DNA from: Vulcanimicrobiota bacterium
Lineage (GTDB): Bacteria > Vulcanimicrobiota > Xenobia > Xenobiales > JADMJV01
Direction of reading: 5' to 3'
Length of the DNA: 64,000 bases
NCBI GenBank assembly: GCA_050250895.1
Contig: JBFWNU010000001.1
Location: 3,776,149 to 3,840,148, forward strand
The position numbers and the translations under genes were made by a program. This document shows, piece after piece, positions 20,076 through 29,674 of the stretch. Within the stretch, counting starts at the first letter, position 1. Every line of letters begins with the position of its first letter. The notes beneath the pieces are model-generated. The model was not told the DNA's origin. It searched no databases and saw only the letters and a program-made list of their open reading frames with translations.

Positions 20076-21023
20076 CTATTGCGGGAAGACAATAATACTT
20101 TTCTTATTCAGACTTCGGTGTGTGTAGATGAGAATTATCACATTGAAGGTGGTGTCGAAGGCTTCGGCCAGACACTCCTGGAAAAGCCCGTTCTTGTCTT
20201 GGAGGACTATCTGGCGCGGTCTAGTCATTCGCCTACCGATCGGCAGAAGGGAACCAAATGGGTGGTCCAGGGTGATTATATGGTCTTGAGGCGGATGGAA
20301 CCTCGCTGTGAAAGACGGAGAAGGCTCGATGCGGCGTACCGTGGCTTGGGCGCCGAACCCCTCCACATACTCAATCGGCTCGAGCACGTAGACGATACAC
20401 TCTCGATGATTGGTCCGAGCGAACTCGCGGGCGGATGCGTAAATGGAGGCACCGAATTTCTTCGCCAACTTGATTGGTGTCTTGATTTCGAGTGGACTGT
20501 CAGCAGCAAGCTGAGCGTAGGTATCTCCTTGGAATAGAACAAATCTGGCGAAGTTGTTCGCTTCTCGTTCGAACTGGTCAGAGATCTCGGGCGCGAGCGT
20601 CTGCTCACAATCCTGAAACAGGCCAAACATCTGGCGGTGCGTAGGGAGTTGATGGTGACCGGCTTCGTGGAGCTTAATGAAATTTCTTTTGGAAGCTCCC
20701 AAAGTCTCGTCGATGTGAATGACTCGTTCCTGGGCGTCGTACAAGCCGAGTATCTTGGACAGCGCTGACTTGACCTGTGTTACGATCCTCGTTGCCTTTG
20801 AAGCCAAACGAGATGCATTAGCTTTGAAAAAATTCAAAATGTTTGTGGGATCGAATATTCCTTTCGGGGCAACTTTGACGGCGGCTGCCGCCAAGAGTTG
20901 GTCAACGGGGGTGGGGAAACGGTTCCATGCATCCGCCGCGTCCAATAGCCGGCGGGCGTGTTCCTGGACTTTACGAAGGTCAGCGTGCTCTAGCCAGCTA
21001 TCGTTGGGACGCATCGTCGGCAT
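20076..21023 (-). CDS. ImmA/IrrE family metallopeptidase (CapP-like)
   Basis: HEAGH zinc motif, E.EAN.FA, HTH-like LA..FGAS..A segment; overlaps the upstream XRE gene. Confidence 0.85.
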   Translation of the reverse strand: MPTMRPNDSWLEHADLRKVQEHARRLLDAADAWNRFPTPVDQLLAAAAVKVAPKGIFDPTNILNFFKANASRLASKATRIVTQVKSALSKILGLYDAQERVIHIDETLGASKRNFIKLHEAGHHQLPTHRQMFGLFQDCEQTLAPEISDQFEREANNFARFVLFQGDTYAQLAADSPLEIKTPIKLAKKFGASIYASAREFARTNHRECIVYVLEPIEYVEGFGAQATVRRIEPSPSFTARFHPPQDHIITLDHPFGSLLPIGRRMTRPRQIVLQDKNGLFQECLAEAFDTTFNVIILIYTHRSLNKKSIIVFPQ

Positions 21024-21372
21024 CTTTCGGGTTCTGGCTTCGAATGAATTTTAGGTAGGCGAGGAGCTGGCTCTCTTCCTCGCTGGTTAGGTGATGTTCC
21101 GCGAAGGTTGCAATGCTCCCGTGTCGCTCGGTCGGTTCACGCTTCTTTGACGGCACCACGTAACCAGCCATTTCCATCAACTTCGGATAGCTGATGTCAT
21201 AAAGCACGGCGAGAGCGTGCAGAATGTTAGGAGAAGGCTTCCCGACTCTGCCGTTTTCGATCTGGCTTAGGTAAGCGTTGGAGACTTCGCGGTTGGTAGC
21301 CTCCTCGACTTGTCGTAGCGTTAGATTTCGGTCGGCGCGAATCGAGGCAAGGTATTCGCCTAAACTTGACAT
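20998..21372 (-). CDS. XRE-family HTH regulator (CapH-like)
   Basis: LG.YL..IR....LTLRQVE.....VSNAYLSQIENG....PSP..L. Confidence 0.9.
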   Translation of the reverse strand: MSSLGEYLASIRADRNLTLRQVEEATNREVSNAYLSQIENGRVGKPSPNILHALAVLYDISYPKLMEMAGYVVPSKKREPTERHGSIATFAEHHLTSEEESQLLAYLKFIRSQNPKDADDASQR

Positions 21373-21395
21373 GATTACGAAAACTCCGAAGCCCA

Positions 21396-21614
21396 CTAAT
21401 AGTGGTCACCAGACTCGAGACCCCTCACGTTCGGGATTGGAGGAACGCTCTCGGAAGGAAGCAGATTCCTTCGAGAAATCGTAACCTCCTTGAGCATTTC
21501 CTCCTTCTTCCACCCGGGCCAGGACGCCATCTTCTCGGCGTGAGAGTCGGCAATACCCCTAACCAATGTTTCATCTCTCCCCGAACTGGCCAGGTTGTCT
21601 GTTGTTTGACTCAT
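21396..21614 (-). CDS. Small hypothetical protein (72 aa)
   Basis: AAGGAG ribosome-binding site upstream of the ATG; fills the gap between deaminase and HTH genes; SWPGWKK motif. Confidence 0.55.
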   Translation of the reverse strand: MSQTTDNLASSGRDETLVRGIADSHAEKMASWPGWKKEEMLKEVTISRRNLLPSESVPPIPNVRGLESGDHY

Positions 21615-21627
21615 CTTGATGTCTCCC

Positions 21628-23130
21628 TTAACCGTTAATGGAACTAGTATAGCCTATCTCATTGTATAGATATGCCTTGGCGGATTCCACTATTCTGGGA
21701 TAGGGCGCGCCAAGATACCATTTGAGAATCCTTCCACTCTCGTCCTTTCGTCTTTTACCCATCCGAAATAAGTCCATGTAAATTCTCGGAGCTATTCCAA
21801 CAAAGGGCCGAAAGTTTATCCTGCTTCCATCCTTACATTCGCTGTCAACTTGGATGGCATCATCGTGTAGAGTCTCGGCCAAGCTTTTTGGATACGGCTC
21901 GATGAAGACTACCTCAGCGATTCCGGCGGCGATGATGTGTCGTGTGCATTCGTGGCAGGGAAATGTTGTTACGTACATGACGTGGTCCTGGGTTGATATA
22001 CCTCTACGGGAAGCATCAACGATTGCGAACATCTCTGCGTGAACAGCTCGACCGAATTCGATAAGGTCAGCGAAATGTGCGCCTTCGAAGACTTCCTTTC
22101 TGAGTGGCTCGCTCATTTGAAGGTTTTCCAAAAATTCTAGTAAGCCTGATTGGCTCTTCACCTTTGGGGAGGAAACTAATCTTGCAATGATATCGTCCAA
22201 TATCCGGCGCTTGAGTATGTCATTAGAGTCTTCCCCGGTCACAAAATCTCTCCGGTCAGTGGATTCATCGGCCCAGTAGGCGCCACCGCCTTTCTTTGGG
22301 ACCTCGTTCATGCCCAGAGCCACTACGTTTCCATCCAGGGTGGCGACAGCGGCGCCCACTTGCCTACCAAGTGCTGACGAACGAAGAGCGGCACCGTAGG
22401 CTTGGAACATACAAAATTCTTCTCTCGTTGGAGTTAAATATGGCGCTCCAAAAAGTAGGTGAATAAAACGCTTGACCTGCGCATCTAGGCGCTCCTTTCT
22501 AACACTGAGGTCAAAAAAAACGTCTGCAAGGTGGAACGCGTCGCGAACGCGTTGACCATAGGAGACTCCCTCCTCTTTCCGATCTGTAGCGATTAGTTCG
22601 AGTGCCGTCGCATGGTGCTTCTCGGGTTGCTTCTCTCTACGAGAATCGGCGATTAGTCTAGCAAGACGCTTCGCTCTCGACTCGTGAGGCGCATAGGCTC
22701 CGAGGAGGAAGAACGAACGGCCGTAGATTTGCCGGAACGTCTCGACTTCTTCCCTCCTCTTTATGGAGCGAAAGATGTAGGACCGTGCGGGAAGAGGCGG
22801 AAGTATCCCCTCCTGGTCTGGTTTCTTAGTCTCACCCCAGACCTGTTGCCGAAATTCGAAAATCGCATTGACCGAGAGAAGCGCCAACGCGTCAGCCGCT
22901 CTCACGGAGCTACAAAAGTCCGTACCTCGTTTCATGAGCTTTCTATACCGTTCGTCAGCTGGCAATCTGACGGTGGGTTCATCCGCGGGAACGAGCTCTA
23001 TCAGGCGAATGATCTTGCTTTCGTAGCCAAGGCTCTTCAAGCTCTCCTCGAGAGAGGTCGTCAAGAGGGCAAGATCGGTGCCGATTGGACCGACCAGTCC
23101 GAAGAAGAGTTCCGGCAGCTTTGTGCTCAT
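21628..23130 (-). CDS. Anti-phage dCTP deaminase (P-loop kinase-like plus deaminase domains; AvcD/Dcd-like)
   Basis: GLVGPIGT P-loop-like motif, RS..L.RQVGA, HAEM and FPCHEC zinc motifs, IEPYPKS. Confidence 0.9.
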   Translation of the reverse strand: MSTKLPELFFGLVGPIGTDLALLTTSLEESLKSLGYESKIIRLIELVPADEPTVRLPADERYRKLMKRGTDFCSSVRAADALALLSVNAIFEFRQQVWGETKKPDQEGILPPLPARSYIFRSIKRREEVETFRQIYGRSFFLLGAYAPHESRAKRLARLIADSRREKQPEKHHATALELIATDRKEEGVSYGQRVRDAFHLADVFFDLSVRKERLDAQVKRFIHLLFGAPYLTPTREEFCMFQAYGAALRSSALGRQVGAAVATLDGNVVALGMNEVPKKGGGAYWADESTDRRDFVTGEDSNDILKRRILDDIIARLVSSPKVKSQSGLLEFLENLQMSEPLRKEVFEGAHFADLIEFGRAVHAEMFAIVDASRRGISTQDHVMYVTTFPCHECTRHIIAAGIAEVVFIEPYPKSLAETLHDDAIQVDSECKDGSRINFRPFVGIAPRIYMDLFRMGKRRKDESGRILKWYLGAPYPRIVESAKAYLYNEIGYTSSING

Positions 23131-23175
23131 TCCAAGATGATAATCAAAGATTGATGGAATTTCAACTCTTGTCGG

Positions 23176-23562
23176 CTATAATTTGCCTGGTGCGGGGGTG
23201 GTCACCCATTCTATATGACCGCTTCGAAACCAAAAGTGCGAACGACAACCTACGAGACGCCGAATCGACGGCTCAATTGACGTAGTTCCATCGGCGTCGA
23301 GTTGCACTCGCCAGCATGGCCGATCGTCGGGATTGAGGTTAAGATAGAGAATGGCCCCACATCTACAAGGGCAAGTCAGGACGGCCAACTCTTGGAACTC
23401 AGCCTCGACAACGATATAGAGTCTTCGTCCGCTCAACCGTCGGGGGAGTTCGTCCTCTACTAAAATGGTCGAATACCGGACATTTGGACGGCGTGACGAC
23501 CACCAGTCACGAACTCCTATCAAAATGGCCTCGACGGCCTGAACGAGCCAGCTAATCACCAT
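23176..23562 (-). CDS. DUF6527-like Cys/His protein
   Basis: CPC.CG....L.L......W, PSI....GCRSHFW...G...W. Confidence 0.8.
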   Translation of the reverse strand: MVISWLVQAVEAILIGVRDWWSSRRPNVRYSTILVEDELPRRLSGRRLYIVVEAEFQELAVLTCPCRCGAILYLNLNPDDRPCWRVQLDADGTTSIEPSIRRLVGCRSHFWFRSGHIEWVTTPAPGKL

Positions 23563-23567
23563 TTGAT

Positions 23568-24902
23568 TCAGGCCGCCGAGAGTTCTGATAGTCCCAGAAG
23601 TGGGACTACGTCCCCCAGGCCCTGTCTCGACGCGATAATCGGGCAGGTCGCACACTCAGGGTCGCAAAAGAGTTCCATGCTACCGAGGCTGAAGCCAACG
23701 CTGGCATATCTTTCGTTGGATTCCTCTCTGAACGGGTGCAACCTTGCCAGCAGCTCGTTCACGGCCAATGATGCGGCTAACATATTCACGCTTATGACTG
23801 CTGGCCGCTGAGTGACTACGCCAGTGATGTAGCCTTCTCCCGCTTGGGCGGCGTAGGCCTCTGGGTCGTCGCGTCGCAGTCCAGCTTCGCTCACCTGATT
23901 CATCGTGAACAGACCCCGGGTCAGCAGACTTGAGCCCCCAGGTTTCAGATAGTGTACGGTCCCACATACATCTTCGATCGGACGATGCCCTCCTAGACCC
24001 TTACGCGTCGCAATCCGGATGCCGATGTCGAAGTAGGGTTGATTGTAGTGTGAGGCAAGCAGGTTGAGCAGGAAGCGGCCATCCACTGAATCCATGCACC
24101 CAAAGACGATGTCGCATTCCCCGACCTCTCTCACTGCAGTCGGTGTCCAGAGATTTTTCTTGATCTGTCGAACCTTCGTCCCCAATCCCATCTCTTCAAT
24201 TCCCCTTGCAAGGACTTCGACTTTTGAACGCTTGGCTTCAGCATCCGCTGCCGTGGAATGCAGGATCCTGTTCAGGTTGCGTACTTCGACGATGTCGTCA
24301 TCAACCAAAACCAGTTCACCGACACCCAGCCGAGCCAACTGAATCGCAACAGGACTGCCGGTGCCAGAGACACCCACCACCGCTATTGAAAGCCGACGGA
24401 GACATTCAAAAGTGCCCTGATCAAAGGCCTGTAAGTGTGACGATGCGAAGCCCAGCCGAGTGTCGCAGTCTGCGGCGGATGGGGATACTCTAATTTCATC
24501 GCCGACCGTGTAGATACTGTCGATAGGAACAAAGGTGTGCTCTCTTGTCAGCACGAGGCCCTTCATAGTTCCGTCGGGTTGCATCCTGACCAAACCGTGT
24601 GGCGCACCCGATAGGGCCCGGAGGCTCGCTAGTAGTTCATTCTCCAGTTCCCGGGCTTCGCAATTCCGCGGCAGCACAACAAGGAAAGCCCCTCCCTCAG
24701 GAAGGGACATCCCGGTTATCAGGCCTGGCAATGACTCCCTCGCTGCGGGGATGATCTCCCGACCGACTATCCGCAGTGTGTTTCTACCGTGTCTGCATCC
24801 ACATCGTATGACCGCAGCGCACTCTGAATTTCCTCGATAGAGGCCCTCTCTCAGACCATCCACGATACATTCAGTCAAAGCGATTACGACCTTTTGATTC
24901 AT
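23568..24902 (-). CDS. ThiF/E1-like adenylyltransferase with a degenerate N-terminal JAB-like domain
   Basis: VVGVSGTGS, LARLGVG, VDDD.VE.RNLNR, FGCMDS..GR; the N-terminal domain has no HxH metal motif. Confidence 0.85.
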   Translation of the reverse strand: MNQKVVIALTECIVDGLREGLYRGNSECAAVIRCGCRHGRNTLRIVGREIIPAARESLPGLITGMSLPEGGAFLVVLPRNCEARELENELLASLRALSGAPHGLVRMQPDGTMKGLVLTREHTFVPIDSIYTVGDEIRVSPSAADCDTRLGFASSHLQAFDQGTFECLRRLSIAVVGVSGTGSPVAIQLARLGVGELVLVDDDIVEVRNLNRILHSTAADAEAKRSKVEVLARGIEEMGLGTKVRQIKKNLWTPTAVREVGECDIVFGCMDSVDGRFLLNLLASHYNQPYFDIGIRIATRKGLGGHRPIEDVCGTVHYLKPGGSSLLTRGLFTMNQVSEAGLRRDDPEAYAAQAGEGYITGVVTQRPAVISVNMLAASLAVNELLARLHPFREESNERYASVGFSLGSMELFCDPECATCPIIASRQGLGDVVPLLGLSELSAA

Positions 24903-25294
24903 TTTAGAAGTTCCCTTTCAAGCCAATCCTCTACCAGAATTATATGGGTCTCCAGGCTATCAAACCCAATGCGCCAAGGGTTCTGTTTGCTCCGGTGTCG
25001 CGACCATCTCTGATATGTCTTCGATTCAATGACCTGCTGGGCGTCCGTTGCACCGATTCTCTGTTGGTCCTCTCGAGCGATCCTCGGATGGAAATAGACC
25101 ATGTTGAGTTCTACGTTTGGGTATCCCGTCTCAATTCGGATCGCTGCGGTGGCCTTCCTCACTGTGTAGCCAGGCGGGAGCGGGAAGTCATGAATCAGCA
25201 CCCACCTCGACCCGTCGAGGACCGATTCCCAGGGCAGCCCATAATCGTTAAGAAAGGTCTCGTCGTTAGGCAAGAGGTCGAATTGACGGCGCAT
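24899..25294 (-). CDS. Prokaryotic E2/UBC-like protein (Prok-E2_E type)
   Basis: LP.GY, GYP...L.M.YF.P, QRWSRH, W....D.L.TH. Confidence 0.8.
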   Translation of the reverse strand: MRRQFDLLPNDETFLNDYGLPWESVLDGSRWVLIHDFPLPPGYTVRKATAAIRIETGYPNVELNMVYFHPRIAREDQQRIGATDAQQVIESKTYQRWSRHRSKQNPWRIGFDSLETHIILVEDWLERELLK

Positions 25295-25301
25295 AACTCC
25301 A

Positions 25302-25628
25302 TTACCCTTCCGTCTGGTCCCGAGGCACAGCCTTGAATCTTTCGATTCCCAGGACCGTCAGATCTACTCGCTCGTCCAACTTCACCTTTTTCGGTCGCTG
25401 GTTCGACAGCTTCACCCGAAGAGTGTAGTTTTCCGCGGGCAATAGACCGCCAAGCGTTAGGATATCGCGGCCTGTGGGAGTCGCTTGGCTGATCACGAAA
25501 GCGTCACCATTGATGCGCAGGCGGTATCCCCTCGCGAGAGGGGGCCGCTGTCCTCTTCTGGCATACTCCGCCAAATCAACATCCTGGTCCAGGACGTTTT
25601 CTACACCAGGGTCAACGTTGTGGCTCAT
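25302..25628 (-). CDS. Ubiquitin-like (multi-ubiquitin domain) protein ending in Gly
   Basis: TGR.IL.L.G, V.L.E.VDL...GIERF, C-terminal QTEG*; AAGGAGG ribosome-binding site. Confidence 0.85.
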   Translation of the reverse strand: MSHNVDPGVENVLDQDVDLAEYARRGQRPPLARGYRLRINGDAFVISQATPTGRDILTLGGLLPAENYTLRVKLSNQRPKKVKLDERVDLTVLGIERFKAVPRDQTEG

Positions 25629-25678
25629 CTTGAGCTGTCCTCCTTGTCATTTCTGTCGCGGCGAAACCGCTTGGTCGC

Positions 25679-25746
25679 ATCATATATGAAGCATGCTTGA
25701 TTTGTCAAGCAGAAACTGAAATGTGAACTGTCGGCAAGCGTGCTTG
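25679..25746 (-). promoter_or_regulatory. Sigma70-like promoter of the Ubl operon with overlapping palindromic operators
   Basis: Minus strand TTGACA(25708-25703)-N18-TATGAT(25684-25679); GAAGCATGCTTG at 25688-25699, GCTTGA-N4-TCAAGC at 25695-25710, CAAGCGTGCTTG at 25735-25746. Confidence 0.65.
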
Positions 25747-25801
25747 GAAAGGCGAGTTGAGGGTGGTATGGTGGCCGAAATCTGACCGAGGAGGCCGACG
25801 A

Positions 25802-27058
25802 ATGCTAGACCGCCTGGAGAAAGTGAGAGAGGCCCTGGAGCTCTGGCGCCAAGAGAAAACCTGGATGGCAGCACCGACTCCGGACGAGATCTGGGATGGG
25901 GCTACCGAGCTGGCTTGCGAGGCGGGAGTTGGGCCGGTGTCCAAGGCCTTGAGGCTGGACCACGCCAAGCTCAAGCGGGCGAGGAGCGGTTGCCGGCACC
26001 GGCTTTTCTTGAGGTCCGCTCGGGCTTGCGACCAGGTCAGAACCTCGCTTGCGTGCTCGAAGTTGCCCCGGGAGGTGGTCTCCGGGCTAGCATCTCCGGG
26101 GCCACCGCCGCCGACCTCGGCATCATCTTCCGGGCCTTCGCAGGCTGAGCGTGCTGCAGCTGACGCCACACATGCGGATCTGGTGGCCATGGAGCCGGTC
26201 GACGGGCGTAAGGGGATCGACTCGCTGGCTGCGCTGTGCCGGCAGAAGCTTCTCGAGGACCCGTTCTCCGGTGCCGTCTTCCTGTTCATCAATCGACGTC
26301 GGACGGCCGTGAGAGTTCTCTGCTACGATGGCGGGGGCTATTGGCTCGCACAGAAGCGGCTCTCGAAAGGGCGATATGGGTGGTGGCCGACCTCCAACTC
26401 GCCGAGCCAGTCGCTTGAACCGCATCAGGTTCACGCTCTCCTGGCGGCGGCGGCGAGCCCGACGATTCCTAACGCGCGGGTCTGGCGGCCCATCACGCCA
26501 GCTGGCCGAAATTAGTGCCCTTGTCAGCATGAAACTCGCCAGGTTTGCAGAAATCTGCACGCCGTCACGGGGATCCCGCGGCGGAAAGGTTTCTCTTGAG
26601 CAAACGGCGCAACCCAAAGGTCGTGGAGATCTATGTCCAGGAAATCGAGGACATCATCGATGCGACTGCAACCGGTCCGTTGGCCTCCGATGAGCGGGAG
26701 AAGCTTCGTCAGGCGGTCCGCCTGCTACTCGAGCATGTCCGCCCAGAATTTCGAAACTCCGAGAAGCTGAAGACCCTGGTCAAAGACCTTCTGGAAGACC
26801 AGAAGGAAGGTGCCTCGTCTGAAGACGGAGCAGAGCAGCCGCCCCCAAAGAAGAAGCGCAAAGGCCACGGTCGGCGTCCGACCTCAGAATTCACGGGCGC
26901 CCAGAAGGTCCCGGTGGAGCACCAGGAGCTGCACAAGGGCGATGTTTGTCCCGAGTGCAGCCGAGGCAAGCTTCACGACACCAAGAAGCCGAAAGTGCTC
27001 CTCCGAGTTGTGGGTAGCCCGCCGATTCAGGCCACCGCCTACGAGCTACAAAAGCTGC
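25802..27058 (+). mobile_element. IS66-family remnant: frameshifted tnpA (25802-26148), frameshifted tnpB (26151-26515) and the N-terminal part of tnpC (26623-27058) cut by IS21
   Basis: PVDGRKGIDSL...DPFSG.VF.F.NRRR....L.YDG.GYWL..KRL..G is IS66 TnpB; KGHGR and CPEC occur in the TnpC N-terminus. Confidence 0.85.
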
Positions 27059-27166
27059 TGTTAGCAACGCTCTCAATTTGATCCACCCAACGCTCAAAAA
27101 GTGATCCACCCCAACACCGTTATCCGGTAAACTGGAGTTGAAAAGACTTCAAGTTCCGGAGGAAGG

Positions 27167-28228
27167 ATGCTGAAAGTGGATCAAATCTATGTTATCAGAG
27201 ACAAAGTAATCAGGGAAGGGAAAAGTCAAAGGCAGGCAGCCCGAGAAGTCGGCTGCAGTCGGAACACGGTGCGACGCTGCCTTGCGAACCTACAGACGAA
27301 GCCCGGGTCACCCCGGCCGAAGGTTCAACGGCCGAGTCCCGTGAGTGACCAGGCGGAGTCGCAGATTGAGCAAATCCTCGCCGAATGGGAAGGGCGCACT
27401 ACTCAGAAGCAGCGGGTGACCGGCAGCCGCCTCCATACCGAGCTTTTAAGCCGGGGGATCCAGGTCGGAGTGACCACGGTCCGGCGGATTCTTCGAGAGA
27501 TCAAACGCCGCCAAGCGGAGGTCTACATCCCCCTCGTTCACCGTCCGGGTGACGAGGCTCAGGTGGACTTCTTCGAAGTCACAGTGGACATCGCTGGCGA
27601 GCGCAGGAAGCTCTGGATGTTCCTGATGCGCCTGATGTATTCGAAGCGTGATTTCGCCTGGCTCTACGAACGCTGCGACCAGCTCGCTTTCCTTGATGGC
27701 CATGTGCGCGCCTTCGCTCACTTTCGTGGCGTGCCGCATCGTTGCGTGTACGATAACCTGAGACCAGCCATGAAGAAGGTCGTGCTCCCGCGCCGGGAGC
27801 TGACCAAGAGCTTTGCAGCGCTGTTGAAGCACTATCTGTTCGAGCCCTGCTTTGCGCGCGTGGCCCGAGGCGACGATAAGGGTGGTGTAGAGGCCCGAGG
27901 CAAAGGGGTTCGGCTGCAGCACATGACCCCGATTCCCAAAGGAGAGACCCGCGACGATATTTGCCAGCGGCTGGTCGCCCAGTTGGATGCGCGCGCTCAG
28001 CAGACCAAGCTTTCGGACGGCCGCACCATCCGGGACCGGTTCGTCGAGGAGCATTGCTTGATGTTGCCCGCGGCGCACCCTTACCAGGCCCAACGAACCC
28101 ATCTGGTCTCGGTCGACAAAACCTCGATGGTTCAGGTTGAAGGGGCGCGCTACTCGCTGCCGAGTGCCTGAGCAAGGCTCGATGTGACGGCCCACGTCCG
28201 GGTTGAGGATGTCGAGTGTAGCTGGGGA
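27167..28228 (+). pseudogene. istA: IS21 transposase IstA, with a nonsense codon at 28169 and truncated
   Basis: HTH (SRNTVRR), PG.EAQVDF, YDNL, KGGVE DDE residues, YSLP; coding-like frame continues past the TGA. Confidence 0.85.
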
Positions 28229-28263
28229 CACTCGCCGCCAAGTTTTGTGAAGTCTATTTGGCC

Positions 28264-28299
28264 AAAAGGTGAGGCCTGACCCGGCGCGGGCCAGGCCTC
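28264..28299 (-). terminator. Probable intrinsic terminator
   Basis: GAGGCCTG...CAGGCCTC hairpin followed on the minus strand by CCTTTT. Confidence 0.45.
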
Positions 28300-28305
28300 G
28301 CTGGT

Positions 28306-28842
28306 CTAGAAGGGACACGGCCTCAATGTTGGCTCACCCGGAACGGAGGCCGTCAGCCCGGTGACGAGGATGCCAAGGTTCTTGGATACCTTCTGCATCG
28401 TGTGGCAGAGCGAGAGCATCTCCGACCAGTAGTCGCCCAGAAGAACCGGGGCGTTGTAGCGATAAGCCATGGATTGGCACAAGTCCAGGGCGCCAGCGTA
28501 GGTTCCGGGCAACCGCCACAGGTCCAGGTCCTCCCGCTGATGTCCGGTGAAGCTGGCTCGGTAAACGGTGACGTCCCTGGCTTCAAGCCAGGATACGATG
28601 CCAATAGAGTCCTGCGCCCAGCAGGGGATGGCCACCAGAACACTCCAACCGCCATCAATGTGGTCTTTCCAGTAGCGCTCGAAGTGATCGAGGTCTCGAA
28701 ATCCCCGCCAGCCCAGCACGAAAAGCTGGCCCTGGGGGTCTCCGTAGATCACTCGGGCGAAGTCGCCCTCGTCGTTGAAGTCGATGCCCACGACCAGGCA
28801 AAGGGGAGCTTGGATCGTGGACTGGGTCTCTGGTTCGTTCAT
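28306..28842 (-). CDS. Hypothetical protein (178 aa)
   Basis: AGGAGG ribosome-binding site; follows the ExeA-like gene. Confidence 0.6.
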   Translation of the reverse strand: MNEPETQSTIQAPLCLVVGIDFNDEGDFARVIYGDPQGQLFVLGWRGFRDLDHFERYWKDHIDGGWSVLVAIPCWAQDSIGIVSWLEARDVTVYRASFTGHQREDLDLWRLPGTYAGALDLCQSMAYRYNAPVLLGDYWSEMLSLCHTMQKVSKNLGILVTGLTASVPGEPTLRPCPF

Positions 28843-28867
28843 GTTGATTCCTCCTGTGGCTTGGGTT

Positions 28868-29674
28868 TCAGTCCGCCTGGAGGACGGACAAGACGGTGTT
28901 GACGAGTTCCTCGTCGATGGGCGTGAGCTTGCGGCGGGCGCTCTTCTTGAGCGCCGCTAGCGCCAGTCGGTTGAGGCGACGAGGAATACCCTGGGAGTGG
29001 TCAAAAAGGGCAGCCCGGGCGCTGTCGGTGAAGAGCCCTTCATTGGCTCCGCTGGCTCTGAGGTGGGCCTCGATGTAGCTGAAGGTCTCCTCTCGGGAGA
29101 GGCCCTCCAGGCGATAGTGCATGCGAAGACGGTCCCATAGAGCCAGATGGACGGGCCTCTGAAGTCGTAGCCGCAGGGCCGGGTGGCCCACCAGCACGAG
29201 CACCAGCGGGTCCTGGGCATCCATCTCGAAGTTGGTCAGGAGCCGCAGGTCTTCTAGCAGACCGTCTTCGATCAGGTGAGCGTCGTCCACCAGGATCATG
29301 GTCTTTTTGCGCTGTTCCTGGTAAAGGCGCTGGCTGCGTGTGCTGAGCTGGCGCAAGAGGTCAGAACGGTAACGGCAGGGTGCCAGGCCGAGCCGCTCGA
29401 TGAGTTGCTCGAGGATGCCCTTGGGATGGCGGCTCGAGCCTGCGTAGGCAACTTCGCAACTCATGCGGTCCAAGCTGGCCAGAAAGGCCCGCAAGGCTGT
29501 CGTTTTGCCGATTCCCATCTCTCCGGTGAGCAGACCCACGCCGCCTTCCCAAACGAGCGTGTCCAATTCCTCGTGGAGTTCTTCGAGCTGAGGGTAGATC
29601 AGTAGCTGGTCCGTGGCCAGTGTCTTGGTGAATACTGGGGCCGCCAATCCGTGGAAGTTTCTGTAGTTAGCCAT
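28868..29674 (-). CDS. ExeA/TniB-like AAA ATPase (transposition helper type)
   Basis: GEMGIGKT Walker A, VDDAH Walker B, LRLL.NF.MD, LVG.P, GIPRRLN. Confidence 0.85.
   Translation of the reverse strand: MANYRNFHGLAAPVFTKTLATDQLLIYPQLEELHEELDTLVWEGGVGLLTGEMGIGKTTALRAFLASLDRMSCEVAYAGSSRHPKGILEQLIERLGLAPCRYRSDLLRQLSTRSQRLYQEQRKKTMILVDDAHLIEDGLLEDLRLLTNFEMDAQDPLVLVLVGHPALRLRLQRPVHLALWDRLRMHYRLEGLSREETFSYIEAHLRASGANEGLFTDSARAALFDHSQGIPRRLNRLALAALKKSARRKLTPIDEELVNTVLSVLQAD

Noticed and set aside
23131-23175. AvcI-like sRNA upstream of the deaminase
   Set aside because: The intergenic gap is only ~45 bp and no supporting structure was seen
25757-26515. 252 aa ORF as a genuine TnpA-TnpB fusion
   Set aside because: Produced by two frameshifts; the proper TnpA tail and TnpB start lie in other frames
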